A stretch of 13,460 nt of DNA, taken from NCBI GenBank assembly GCA_964347045.1, contig CAYFXC010000016.1, forward strand, positions 26,628 to 40,087, written 5' to 3'. The notes beneath the pieces were generated by a model. The model made no database searches. It saw only the letters and a program-made list of their open reading frames with translations, and had not been told where the DNA came from. The position numbers and the translations under genes were made by a program. Positions 1 through 8,268 of the stretch are shown here, in pieces (position 1 is the stretch's first letter; each line of letters opens with the position of its first letter). This stretch comes from an uncultured archaeon (lineage in GTDB: Archaea; Asgardarchaeota; Hermodarchaeia; Hermodarchaeales; Hermodarchaeaceae).

Positions 1-88
1 GCCGTTTGCCCCATATTATTCCATGTTTTCGTGTAAATCCGTTTCGAGGTTGAAATGCGATGTTCGCACGGTTTAATTGTGTTTTGGT

Positions 89-727
89 TCAGGTCTTTGC
101 CTTTCCTTTTGTAGCTGTTGCTCGTTTCGTTTTTGTCTTTGCAGTAGATGTTGTTTTCGTCTTCGCGGTGGCTTTTTTCGGTTTTGCCTTCGTTGTGGTC
201 TTTGGTTTTGGCTTGGCTTTAGGCTTAGCTTTAGGTGTAGCTTCAGGTACTTTTCTTAGGGCAGGAGCAGTATGCTTGGTGGGATCTTGAATGGTTCCTT
301 TGATTTTTCCTCCCGCAGCTTTAATTTTCTCCGCAGCACGATGAGTAAAGAGAGGTGCGGAAATTGTAAGAGGCACTGTAAGATTTCCTGCCCCGAGCAC
401 TTTATCGTATCCGAGAGCGCCTAAATCAATAGTTATGGGTGTTTCTTTGGCTGGAGGTTTTCCTTCATAAAATTTCGGGAGGTTTCGAGCAATATCGCCC
501 ACATTAATCGTGGTGTGGTTTTGGCGTAGTTTGTTATGGCGATGGAAACCATGTTTCCCAAAGCGATTGGGGTCGTGGGCAGTGACATAGGTCCAGTCAT
601 GCTTTTTACCACCTGTCTTTCCTTTTCCCCCGCGTTGACCACCTTTGCGGTGTTGACCAATCCGACCATAGCCATGCATGCGGCTTCCACGAAACCGGCG
701 AACCTTTTTGGGTTTCCTTGTTGTCAT
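89..727 (-). CDS. rpl15: 50S ribosomal protein uL15 with Lys/Ala/Thr/Pro-rich C-terminal extension
   Basis: RRFRGSRMHGYGRIGQHRKGGQRGGKG, FGKHGF, GYDKVLGAG and AAEKIKAAGG motifs; about 60 aa low-complexity tail; expected position near the end of the spc cluster. Confidence 0.97.
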   Translation of the reverse strand: MTTRKPKKVRRFRGSRMHGYGRIGQHRKGGQRGGKGKTGGKKHDWTYVTAHDPNRFGKHGFHRHNKLRQNHTTINVGDIARNLPKFYEGKPPAKETPITIDLGALGYDKVLGAGNLTVPLTISAPLFTHRAAEKIKAAGGKIKGTIQDPTKHTAPALRKVPEATPKAKPKAKPKPKTTTKAKPKKATAKTKTTSTAKTKTKRATATKGKAKT

Positions 728-746
728 GTTTAGTCTCTCCGTGTAG

Positions 747-1310
747 CTAACGTTTCTGAAGCTGGATTTCTAAGATACCATTGTTATAACTTGTCTTGGC
801 TGATGTAGTATCAACAGGACTTGGAAGATCAATTTTTTTGGCGTATTTTCGTTCTGTGGATTCAACCTGAATAGTAATTGTGTAATCGGTAACCTTGATG
901 TTGATTTCGTCTTGTTTCACGCCAGGAAGTTCAGCAATAATGATTACTTCATCATCCTGTTCCATTACATCAACGAGTGGTTCACGTTCCTTCCGAACTA
1001 TTGGAGGTGCACCCTCGGGGTTAAGGTTACCAAAGGGGTTCAATCGCATTTTGCCATCAGGACCAATACCCGCAGAAAAACCCCAAACCATTGGATTCTT
1101 TTGTAATTGTTCTAAAATCTCTTCAATATGATGTTGCGCATCGGATCCAAACATGTCTTCGGGATTGATGTCTGAAAACATTTTCATGATTTCTTCAAAC
1201 ATGCGTTGGAGCGCTTCAAATTGAGCATCTGTGGATTCATCATCCCACCAGCGTTTACGTTTTCGGCGATCGTCTTCTTCTTTCATTTTCAATCCTTCCT
1301 TCTTTCGCAT
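747..1310 (-). CDS. hsp20: Archaeal small heat-shock protein (Hsp20/alpha-crystallin family); start may instead be the ATG at 1286
   Basis: WGFSAGIGPDGK..PFGN archaeal N-terminal motif, then REPLVDV..IIAELPGV..DEI and AKTSYNNGILEIQLQK alpha-crystallin domain. Confidence 0.95.
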   Translation of the reverse strand: MRKKEGLKMKEEDDRRKRKRWWDDESTDAQFEALQRMFEEIMKMFSDINPEDMFGSDAQHHIEEILEQLQKNPMVWGFSAGIGPDGKMRLNPFGNLNPEGAPPIVRKEREPLVDVMEQDDEVIIIAELPGVKQDEINIKVTDYTITIQVESTERKYAKKIDLPSPVDTTSAKTSYNNGILEIQLQKR

Positions 1311-1318
1311 CCTTCCTC

Positions 1319-1813
1319 TTATGACATTCGTTTGAGGAGGGCATTAATGTCCTCACCACGATAGCCCAGCTCACCTTTCTGTTGAATAGTTCGCTTAAGA
1401 CTTCCACGAAATCCTTTCGATGGGGGTCGAAGCCGAAAGAATTTCTTCATTTTTGGAAGTGCCAGCGCTTTTTCCTTCTGAGAAACGAGGGCTTTGGCAT
1501 AATCGTCGATTGTTTTGTATTTTGAGTGTTTTGATACATAAGAATCTGTGATAGGTTTATCTCCAATCAGGCGACCTCGTTTTCGAATAAGTCGTGATAA
1601 AGTGGGTGCATCAATTTCTCCCCACGTTATTGCATCCTTCGCTCTCTGAAACATTCCCAGATAGGTGGGACGTTTATCCAAGACAACGGCATGATTAACA
1701 CGTGAAAGACTCAACATCGCCAGCGTATCTTTAGCTTCTTGCCGTAGTCCGATACTACTGCGTACTCGTATGACTGCAACCAATGCATGGGTATCTTTAG
1801 TTTCTTTTGCCAT
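1319..1813 (-). CDS. rpl30: 50S ribosomal protein uL30 (archaeal long form)
   Basis: AVIRVRS..DTLAMLSL.RVNHAV, ITWGEI, FRLRPPSKGF and GELGYRGEDINALLKRM motifs; follows rps5. Confidence 0.97.
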   Translation of the reverse strand: MAKETKDTHALVAVIRVRSSIGLRQEAKDTLAMLSLSRVNHAVVLDKRPTYLGMFQRAKDAITWGEIDAPTLSRLIRKRGRLIGDKPITDSYVSKHSKYKTIDDYAKALVSQKEKALALPKMKKFFRLRPPSKGFRGSLKRTIQQKGELGYRGEDINALLKRMS

Positions 1814-1814
1814 C

Positions 1815-2477
1815 TTATTCGGCTCTCCGTGTCCAATCTTGGGGGGTCATTATCTGATTAGTTTCTTTTAGTGCGTTAAAGACAGATTGAGCGAAGTTTA
1901 GGGTAGTTCGAGTATGACCTCGAGTGCGAGACCAGACATCGTGGATACCGGCAAGCCGTAAAACGACTTTGATGGTATCAGCTGTAACTAATCCAACGCC
2001 CTTAGGTGCAGGAAGAAGCATAACGCGGACGCTACCCGTTTTTCCATTTACTTGGAAGGGAACCGAGTGCGGATCTTGGCATCCGCATTCCCAGCTTCCA
2101 CATCCACGACGAACTGAGATAAGGTTCAGTTTTGCCCGAAGAATAGCTTTACGAATAGCCGGCCCAATTTCAGGAGCCTTACTTTCACCGATGCCGACAA
2201 ACCCATTTTCATTTCCCACAATTACTGTGGCTTTAAATCGTGATTTCTCACCTGCATCGGTCTGTTTTTGAACCAGATTAATATCAATGACTTCTTCTTG
2301 AAGATCTGGGAGTAGTAGGTCAATAATTTCAGGTTCTTTAATAGGTAAAGCTAGTTGAAACAAATCCTCAAGGGATGTTATTTCCCCTGCCTTCACTTGC
2401 CGCCCGACTTTAGTAACCGGTTCCCATTCTTCGACATTGAACTGCCTTGGACGTTGCGAACGAGATGCTCGACTCAT
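1815..2477 (-). CDS. rps5: 30S ribosomal protein uS5
   Basis: [49 protein letters not shown] and [11 protein letters not shown] motifs. Confidence 0.98.
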   Translation of the reverse strand: MSRASRSQRPRQFNVEEWEPVTKVGRQVKAGEITSLEDLFQLALPIKEPEIIDLLLPDLQEEVIDINLVQKQTDAGEKSRFKATVIVGNENGFVGIGESKAPEIGPAIRKAILRAKLNLISVRRGCGSWECGCQDPHSVPFQVNGKTGSVRVMLLPAPKGVGLVTADTIKVVLRLAGIHDVWSRTRGHTRTTLNFAQSVFNALKETNQIMTPQDWTRRAE

Positions 2478-3082
2478 TTAGTTGCCCTCCCTCGAGTGAA
2501 TTTCGTTGTAATATTCTTTTTTGTGGTATCGTACATGCCAGGGAGCTGGGTGAGATCAATGCGTCTCTTTGAAATCTTTCCAAATTGACGTTGGAAGGTA
2601 GAGGGTTGATTATCACTGAGATCTTTCGCATACCCAGCAATGTGCTCCCCTTTGATTCGTTTTTCAACAGGAAACATCTTGTCTGAACAAGGAACGGAGA
2701 GACCTGCATCAATGGCGCCTTTAACTGCAGAGAAAATCCGTGATCCAGGAATCGGGCTGATTAGTCCAAGATCGACAATGGCTGTATTCGTTCCGGTTTG
2801 CAGAGCCCGGTGACCCGCCAAGAATCCTGTGAGATATGCAGCAGGGAGGTTTTTCACTCCAGCTTGCCAGCCGAATTGGCTTAGTTGTCGCGAATCTGCG
2901 ACAGCAATGCATCGGTCACCGTCTGGTAAAGCTTCCATTATCTGGACAATGATTCGTGTGCTTGTTTTTCGAACAACTAAGCGTGGCCGTCCAGAGCCCA
3001 CCATGCGGCGTCGAGCGTGATAATCTGTTTTACTTTCACGACGTCGACGGAAAGGAACTTTGTATCGTGGTCCATGTGCCAT
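2474..3082 (-). CDS. rpl18: 50S ribosomal protein uL18
   Basis: [38 protein letters not shown] and KGAIDAGL motifs. Confidence 0.98.
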   Translation of the reverse strand: MAHGPRYKVPFRRRRESKTDYHARRRMVGSGRPRLVVRKTSTRIIVQIMEALPDGDRCIAVADSRQLSQFGWQAGVKNLPAAYLTGFLAGHRALQTGTNTAIVDLGLISPIPGSRIFSAVKGAIDAGLSVPCSDKMFPVEKRIKGEHIAGYAKDLSDNQPSTFQRQFGKISKRRIDLTQLPGMYDTTKKNITTKFTRGRATK

Positions 3083-3083
3083 T

Positions 3084-3536
3084 TTATTTTCGCCTCTTCA
3101 TTTTGTGATCTTGAATATACATGTCGACTCGTCGAATGGAAGGAAACATTCCCCCTTTCGAGAGCCGGTATAGTCGTCGGTAATCTCGTGGTTTGATAAT
3201 TCGCCGAGCTCGGAGTTTCTTAAGGTGTCGGCGAATTGCACGAATTTTTATCATCCATCGTTGTTTTCCTGAGAGCCTTGCCGTACGTTTACCCTTTCTA
3301 CTGCCAGGTCCTGAGCGAAGTCCTCGTTTTTGTTTTTCATGTACTTCTTTAGCTCGTCCACGACTTATGCCTTGGATAGAGATCTTACGAATAGCCCCTT
3401 CATGGATTAATCGGCGAATATCATCTCGTCGAATTGCCAGGGCTACGTCATCTAGCCGATCAGGATCAATCCAAACCCGGTTTTCCCCGACTTTTAGGAG
3501 ACGAGCTGCTAATTTTCGTTGGGAACTCACATTCAC
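3084..3536 (-). CDS. rpl19e: 50S ribosomal protein eL19; GTG at 3536 preferred over 3548
   Basis: QRKLAARLLKVGENRVWIDP, GPGSRKG and YRRLYRLSKGGMF motifs; AGGTGA Shine-Dalgarno about 8 nt upstream of the GTG at 3536. Confidence 0.97.
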   Translation of the reverse strand: MNVSSQRKLAARLLKVGENRVWIDPDRLDDVALAIRRDDIRRLIHEGAIRKISIQGISRGRAKEVHEKQKRGLRSGPGSRKGKRTARLSGKQRWMIKIRAIRRHLKKLRARRIIKPRDYRRLYRLSKGGMFPSIRRVDMYIQDHKMKRRK

Positions 3537-3551
3537 TGTTTTATTCACCTT

Positions 3552-3998
3552 CTAGAGGATCTCCTCAGTGTCAAGGTCGAGAAGTTCTCGTACCTCTGAT
3601 TTCAATTGTGGGTTGAGTACGCGGAGGCCAAGGTCATCAGCCCGTTCAAGAATTGCTAAACGTTTACGATCACCCACACGGCGTGCAATCCGAATCGCGT
3701 GAATTCTTGGATGAAGACCTTCCATTTCTTGGAGATTGTGAATTAGCACTTCCTCCATGCCAGACGGATGATAGTCTCGAAGGTCCGTAGGAGTCCGATA
3801 CCCGATACGAGGCATTTTAGGTTGATTTTTTTCACGCTTGCGGATCATGGAGTCAATGCCTTTAGGACGCCGCCATCCAGTGTCTAATCGTTTATATCGC
3901 CAACTCTCCGGACGTCGAAACTTAGGCTTTCGTTGATTCAGTAACCGTTTCTTGTAAAGCGCGTGTTGAAGTTTCTTAATGCGTTTACTCTTTTTCAT
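3552..3998 (-). CDS. rpl32e: 50S ribosomal protein eL32
   Basis: KPKFRRPESWRYKRL..WRRPKGIDS, IGYRTP, HPSG.EEVL and RVLNP motifs. Confidence 0.97.
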   Translation of the reverse strand: MKKSKRIKKLQHALYKKRLLNQRKPKFRRPESWRYKRLDTGWRRPKGIDSMIRKREKNQPKMPRIGYRTPTDLRDYHPSGMEEVLIHNLQEMEGLHPRIHAIRIARRVGDRKRLAILERADDLGLRVLNPQLKSEVRELLDLDTEEIL

Positions 3999-4019
3999 TG
4001 TCTATCACATCCGTGTTGG

Positions 4020-4583
4020 CTAAATTTTCCAGTGTCGTTCACCTAGTTGTTTTTCATAAACATAGATTCCATCATGAAACTTCCGAGGGTCTTTTCGACG
4101 AAGTTTTGTAGAATGTTGAATGTTAGCTGCAGTTTGCCCGACGAGTTCGATGTCAATGCCTTCCAGGATAACGTCGTCGCCTTGTACAGTCACTTTCACC
4201 CCAGGGAGTATCTTAGCGCGGCGCGGAGCTTTTTCGCCATAAAAGTTTTCGATGATGAGTCGATCACCTTCAATTTTGACTGTGGGTGGAAAGTGGGCAA
4301 ATACGACCTTCATTTTGTATGTGACTCCATGAGTTACACCAAGCATCATGTTCTTGATGTGGGAAACAATGGTGCCTACTAGAGCAATTTGTCGGCTCCG
4401 AGGATATTCTACCGACACTATGACGCTGTTTCGAGCCTTTCTGATGTTAACGTCGATATGGCTGAAGTCGCGGATGACTTCGCCTTTGGCACCTTGGACG
4501 GTTACACGCTTATCTTCAATTGTTACTGTGGTGTCTTCCAGAATTGGAGTCGATCTTTCAAAGTGTGTTGTTTTTGCAGGCAT
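4020..4583 (-). CDS. rpl6: 50S ribosomal protein uL6; start MPAK at 4583 (the ORF-track extension to 4733 overlaps rps8)
   Basis: SHIKNMMLGVTHG..YKMKVVFAHFP, IENFYGEK.PR, VGQTAANI and KDPRKFHDGIYV motifs; GGAGTGG Shine-Dalgarno upstream. Confidence 0.97.
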   Translation of the reverse strand: MPAKTTHFERSTPILEDTTVTIEDKRVTVQGAKGEVIRDFSHIDVNIRKARNSVIVSVEYPRSRQIALVGTIVSHIKNMMLGVTHGVTYKMKVVFAHFPPTVKIEGDRLIIENFYGEKAPRRAKILPGVKVTVQGDDVILEGIDIELVGQTAANIQHSTKLRRKDPRKFHDGIYVYEKQLGERHWKI

Positions 4584-4603
4584 TTTTTCTATCCACTCCA
4601 TGG

Positions 4604-4996
4604 TTAATAGACATAGGCGATGAGTCGTCCTCCGTGACCTTGTTCGACGGCATCTCGATGTGTCATGAAGCCCTTTGGGGTTGAAACAATGAGAAATCCG
4701 AATGCTCGAGAGGGCAGGAAGCGTTTCTCCCATTCTTCAAAGTCGTGACGTTTTACTGGATGATGTGGGCTAATTATTCCACATTGGTTAATCCGGCCTA
4801 GAAGTTCCACCCGGAGCATTCCTGCTTTACCATCGTCGATAAATTCAAACTCGCCGACATAGCCCATTCGCTGCATGATGCGTAAAGCGGCACCGATTTT
4901 CTTCGAAGCAGGGGCGATAATAACCTCTGATTTGTGAAGTAGCTCATGATTCATGATGGTTGAGAAGGCATCCGCCAATGGATTCTTCACGGTCAT
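4604..4996 (-). CDS. rps8: 30S ribosomal protein uS8; start at 4996
   Basis: [40 protein letters not shown] and GGRLIAYVY motifs; GAGGTGA Shine-Dalgarno at 5011-5005. Confidence 0.98.
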   Translation of the reverse strand: MTVKNPLADAFSTIMNHELLHKSEVIIAPASKKIGAALRIMQRMGYVGEFEFIDDGKAGMLRVELLGRINQCGIISPHHPVKRHDFEEWEKRFLPSRAFGFLIVSTPKGFMTHRDAVEQGHGGRLIAYVY

Positions 4997-5010
4997 TGTC
5001 TTTTTCACCT

Positions 5011-5160
5011 CTAACTGAATTTCCGAAAGCCGAGCTCTTCGGCGACTTCCCGGAAGCATCGCCTGCATAGTTCAATATTGTAGCTACGAATAATTGCGCG
5101 GTGTGTCCCGCATCGCTTGCATGTACGGTGTCCTTTACCCTGTTTTTTCTCCAGTGACAT
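5011..5160 (-). CDS. rps14: 30S ribosomal protein uS14, Zn-binding type, 49 aa (not in the ORF track)
   Basis: Hand translation [49 protein letters not shown]; CxxC..CRxCFRE motif; ATG overlaps the rpl5 stop (TGATG). Confidence 0.97.
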   Translation of the reverse strand: MSLEKKQGKGHRTCKRCGTHRAIIRSYNIELCRRCFREVAEELGFRKFS

Positions 5161-5822
5161 CAGTATTCATCCTCCAATTCTGGTCGGGTAAATTGTACTC
5201 CCAGCTCTGCTGTAAGTACAGACATCGCTTCATCGGGCGTGATTCGATGACGGCGAGGAACCTTGTGGCGTCCGCGTCGTCGGCGATTAATTCGAAATCC
5301 TGGACGTTCAGTGCAAATACAGACGTCCATTCCAAAGATTCCTAAACTGGGATCATATTTGACACCGGGAATCTGAATGTGTTCGGAGATACCGAAACAC
5401 ACGTTACCAGAATGGTCAACCGCACTGACTGGAATCTGGAAATCAGTCACGTCCAAAGCGCGTTTAGCAAAGTCTTTGGCTCTTTCACCACGAAGGGTGA
5501 CCTTACAACCCATGGGTTCACCTTGGCGAAGACCAAAGTCACGATTGGTGCGCTTTGCTAAGACATCTACAGGTTTCTGCCCCGTCAACTCTTTAAGAAT
5601 CGTTTTAGCTTTGGCTAAAGGTTCACCACCAGTACCCAGAGACATGTTTACGACAACTTTTGAGATGAAAATTTGCCGCATTACATTCTCCTTCTTTGCC
5701 TTTGGTTTCGGAGTTGGTTGAGGTTTTGCTGGTTTGGTAGCTGACGAAGTTGGTTTTGTCTTCGCTGAAGTAGATCGCTTCGTTGTGCTTTTGGGTTTAG
5801 ATGTTTTTTTCGCAGTTGACAT
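5160..5822 (-). CDS. rpl5: 50S ribosomal protein uL5 with about 45 aa Lys/Thr/Ser/Pro-rich N-terminal extension
   Basis: NVMRQI.ISKVVVNM, LTGQKP, GCKVTLRG, GNVCFGISEHI and YDPSLGIFGMDV motifs. Confidence 0.98.
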   Translation of the reverse strand: MSTAKKTSKPKSTTKRSTSAKTKPTSSATKPAKPQPTPKPKAKKENVMRQIFISKVVVNMSLGTGGEPLAKAKTILKELTGQKPVDVLAKRTNRDFGLRQGEPMGCKVTLRGERAKDFAKRALDVTDFQIPVSAVDHSGNVCFGISEHIQIPGVKYDPSLGIFGMDVCICTERPGFRINRRRRGRHKVPRRHRITPDEAMSVLTAELGVQFTRPELEDEY

Positions 5823-5824
5823 GG

Positions 5825-6565
5825 TTAGCTAGCCTCCGGAATAGAAACTAAAGGTTGGTCGACACCAAGGGGAAAGACGTAGCGAATGGCTGTTAGAATG
5901 GTCTTATCCGTGGTAGTTTTGATGGTTCCTAATCGATTCTCTGGATCAATTTTGATGAGTTTGCCCACATTGCCCGTATGGTCACCGCCGGTAATGACGG
6001 CAGTGATACCCTTTTTGAGTGGGATATGTTCCTGAATGGTTTGTTCCGGTAACTTGATCAGGAGCATATCGCCGGGACGGTATGGTTCCTTGGGCTTAGT
6101 TTTGGGGTCTTTGACTTGAAGCAGAATTGTGCGTCCATCATGGAGATGGAGTTGGATGTTTCCCTTTGCTACGGTGTTCTTGCCTGTGATTTTACAGGGT
6201 TTGAGATTTTGTTCTTTCTTCGGGATTCTAATAAGTTGGAGGAGGTGTCGAGAATCAGGGACTACGCGAACTCGCGTTTTGGTTTCATCAATCTCAATAA
6301 CATCCATTAGCCCAACAGAATATTTGTAGTCTTTTCGTGTTCGTCCGTCTACTTTCACGTGTCCTTGAGAGATGACCCGTCGGGTTTCATTTAGTGTAGT
6401 GGTGAGTTGAAGCATTTCTCGTACAACAATACCCAAGGGAATACCTTCATGTAGAGCATGGGGACCTGGGTTGGCACGAATAGTAAAGGGACGAACTTTA
6501 CGCTTAATTTGCCAATGACCAGGAGCCGCTAATCGCTTCATGTGTTTTCTAGGACCTTTTGCCAT
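5825..6565 (-). CDS. rps4e: 30S ribosomal protein eS4; start MAKGPRKH at 6565
   Basis: KHMKRLAAP.HW, PGPH, VKVDG..RKDYKY.VGLMDVI, QLHLHDGR and ITGGDHTG motifs; AGGAGG Shine-Dalgarno upstream. Confidence 0.97.
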   Translation of the reverse strand: MAKGPRKHMKRLAAPGHWQIKRKVRPFTIRANPGPHALHEGIPLGIVVREMLQLTTTLNETRRVISQGHVKVDGRTRKDYKYSVGLMDVIEIDETKTRVRVVPDSRHLLQLIRIPKKEQNLKPCKITGKNTVAKGNIQLHLHDGRTILLQVKDPKTKPKEPYRPGDMLLIKLPEQTIQEHIPLKKGITAVITGGDHTGNVGKLIKIDPENRLGTIKTTTDKTILTAIRYVFPLGVDQPLVSIPEAS

Positions 6566-6569
6566 GTTT

Positions 6570-6956
6570 CTAATCCTCCTTTTCCGCAAGTTCGCCACGG
6601 GCCGCAGCTATACGATCAATGACGGCTTGACGTGTCTTATCGATTTCCAGTTTGGTAATCATGACATTTTCAGGACGGATGGGGAAGGCAACCGCTGAAC
6701 CATCCACTTTTTCAATTGTGATGTTTTCGACACTCAGTTTTAGATTTTTCATGTCAATTTCAAGTACATCACCTTCTGAGTCTCGGAAAGCTCCACGAGT
6801 GATGTAGACAGTGTCCCCTTTATGAATAGGAATCCGTTTGATACCATGTTTTTCCACTAAATCAGGAGCCAGCTTCGCGGTAAGGTATTTGTGGCGACGA
6901 TGCCAAGGTGCAGTATAGCGGGCTTTGCGCTGTTTCTTGGGTTTTCTTGAGGTCAA
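6570..6956 (-). CDS. rpl24: 50S ribosomal protein uL24 (TTG start)
   Basis: SRKPKKQRKARYTAPWHRR, KOW motif IHKGDTVYITRG and PIRPENVMITKL. Confidence 0.97.
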   Translation of the reverse strand: MTSRKPKKQRKARYTAPWHRRHKYLTAKLAPDLVEKHGIKRIPIHKGDTVYITRGAFRDSEGDVLEIDMKNLKLSVENITIEKVDGSAVAFPIRPENVMITKLEIDKTRQAVIDRIAAARGELAEKED

Positions 6957-6967
6957 TTTCTCAACTC

Positions 6968-7390
6968 CTAAACGATGATACTAGCGACGCTGGCGATACG
7001 AGGCCAACGTTCAGCCGCTTCTCGTGCAATGGGACCACGAATTTCAGATCCAAGTGGATCACCAGTTTCTCCTGTAATGACGATTGCATTATCTTCAAAA
7101 CGAATCCATTGTCCGCCCTTGCGTCTGTAGGGTTTGCGTTGTCGAACAATAATGCCACGGAGTACTTGGCGGCGCATCTTGGGAGTGCCTGCCTTGCAGG
7201 AGACTACCACCATGTCTGCTACGCTAGCTGAAGGTTGTCGACGAAGCCGCCCGTGATAGCCAATGACGGAGATGATTTCGACGATTCGTGCACCACTGTT
7301 ATCTGCTACCGTGAGCCGAGCACCTGTGGGGAGCCCACGACTAATCCGTGGTCTTGCAATACCAGCGGTTTTACGTCCTCGTTTCACCAC
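6968..7390 (-). CDS. rpl14: 50S ribosomal protein uL14 (GTG start overlapping the rps17 stop)
   Basis: [26 protein letters not shown] and [16 protein letters not shown] motifs. Confidence 0.98.
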   Translation of the reverse strand: MVKRGRKTAGIARPRISRGLPTGARLTVADNSGARIVEIISVIGYHGRLRRQPSASVADMVVVSCKAGTPKMRRQVLRGIIVRQRKPYRRKGGQWIRFEDNAIVITGETGDPLGSEIRGPIAREAAERWPRIASVASIIV

Positions 7391-7734
7391 TAGTCAGACG
7401 CCTCCTTGGTTTTAACACGTTCCACAACAACAAAAGATACGGTCTTACTAAGTTGTCGACATTCAGCAACCCGAACAGTGTCTCCCACTTCAAGGGGAAT
7501 ACAGGGGGGGTGATGGGCAGCGGTCATGGAATGGCTGCGTGCGTATCGACGGTATTTCTTGATAAACTTTAGATAGTCACGGCGAATTGTTACTGTACCT
7601 CTCATCTTTGTACTGGCGACAACGCCTTCGATGAGACGCCCTCGAACAGGCAGTGTACCATGGAATGGACAATGAGGGTCTTCACATTCCTCTTCAGGTG
7701 GATTAACTTTTAGACCAATATTACGAGTTACCAT
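7390..7734 (-). CDS. rps17: 30S ribosomal protein uS17
   Basis: [33 protein letters not shown] and [13 protein letters not shown] motifs. Confidence 0.98.
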   Translation of the reverse strand: MVTRNIGLKVNPPEEECEDPHCPFHGTLPVRGRLIEGVVASTKMRGTVTIRRDYLKFIKKYRRYARSHSMTAAHHPPCIPLEVGDTVRVAECRQLSKTVSFVVVERVKTKEASD

Positions 7735-8015
7735 CGTAGTTTTTTCGCCCTCCTTAATCGTTCGGCAGGATGCCCTAATAGAGCACTTCCTTCAATTTCT
7801 GCTGTCTCGCCGCTAGGCAAAGACAGTTCAAAGGAACTTGATGTCTTCGGAATCTGACGGTTTCGAAGCCCATCAAATAGTGTAAGCATGTTATGTGTGT
7901 CATCCACAATGATCCCTGAAATCTTGTAAAGTGCGGGGTTCTTTGTCTGCTTCACTGCAGCGGATAGACCAATGAGAGGACGAAGTGCGAGCCAAGTGAA
8001 ATGAGGCATACTCAT
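7728..8015 (-). CDS. rnp1: RNase P protein component 1 (Rpp29/Pop4), divergent
   Basis: LIGL..V..NP..ISG.IVDDT.NML, IPK..FE and IEG..L.G.P.ER motifs; canonical position between rpl29 and rps17. Confidence 0.92.
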   Translation of the reverse strand: MSMPHFTWLALRPLIGLSAAVKQTKNPALYKISGIIVDDTHNMLTLFDGLRNRQIPKTSSSFELSLPSGETAEIEGSALLGHPAERLRRAKKLRW

Positions 8016-8245
8016 TCGCCTCCTCCGAAGCCTTCGACAGCTGATTGCCGCGCTTCTTCATTATTAACTGTAAGAATTCGAGCGATGTTTTTTCGAATCC
8101 CACGAATAACACCTGGGTTTTCCATGCCCGCCCCTGACATCATAGCAGCACGTTGTTTTGCGAGCTCGGCACGGAATTCTTCAAGCTTCCGTTCACGTTC
8201 TTCCAGATTCATGTTCCGGATTTCTTCCATCGTCAGTAATGCCAT
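8012..8245 (-). CDS. rpl29: 50S ribosomal protein uL29
   Basis: EIRNM..EER..KL.E.R.EL and ENPGVIRGIRKNIARILTV motifs; GGAGG Shine-Dalgarno. Confidence 0.96.
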   Translation of the reverse strand: MALLTMEEIRNMNLEERERKLEEFRAELAKQRAAMMSGAGMENPGVIRGIRKNIARILTVNNEEARQSAVEGFGGGE

Positions 8246-8268
8246 GCCCTAATCGCCTCCTTGCTATC

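Noticed and set aside
1-14. Possible start of the next gene (minus strand ATG GGG CAA ACG; secY expected by synteny)
   Set aside because: Only four codons are visible, so it cannot be identified.
4584-4733. Long N-terminal extensions in the ORF track for uL6 (also uS8 and eS4)
   Set aside because: Artefacts of taking the first start codon; they overlap upstream genes, and SD-supported starts give normal lengths.
8012-8015. No SUI1/aIF1 gene between rpl29 and rnp1
   Set aside because: Its presence at this position varies among archaea, so absence is not unusual.
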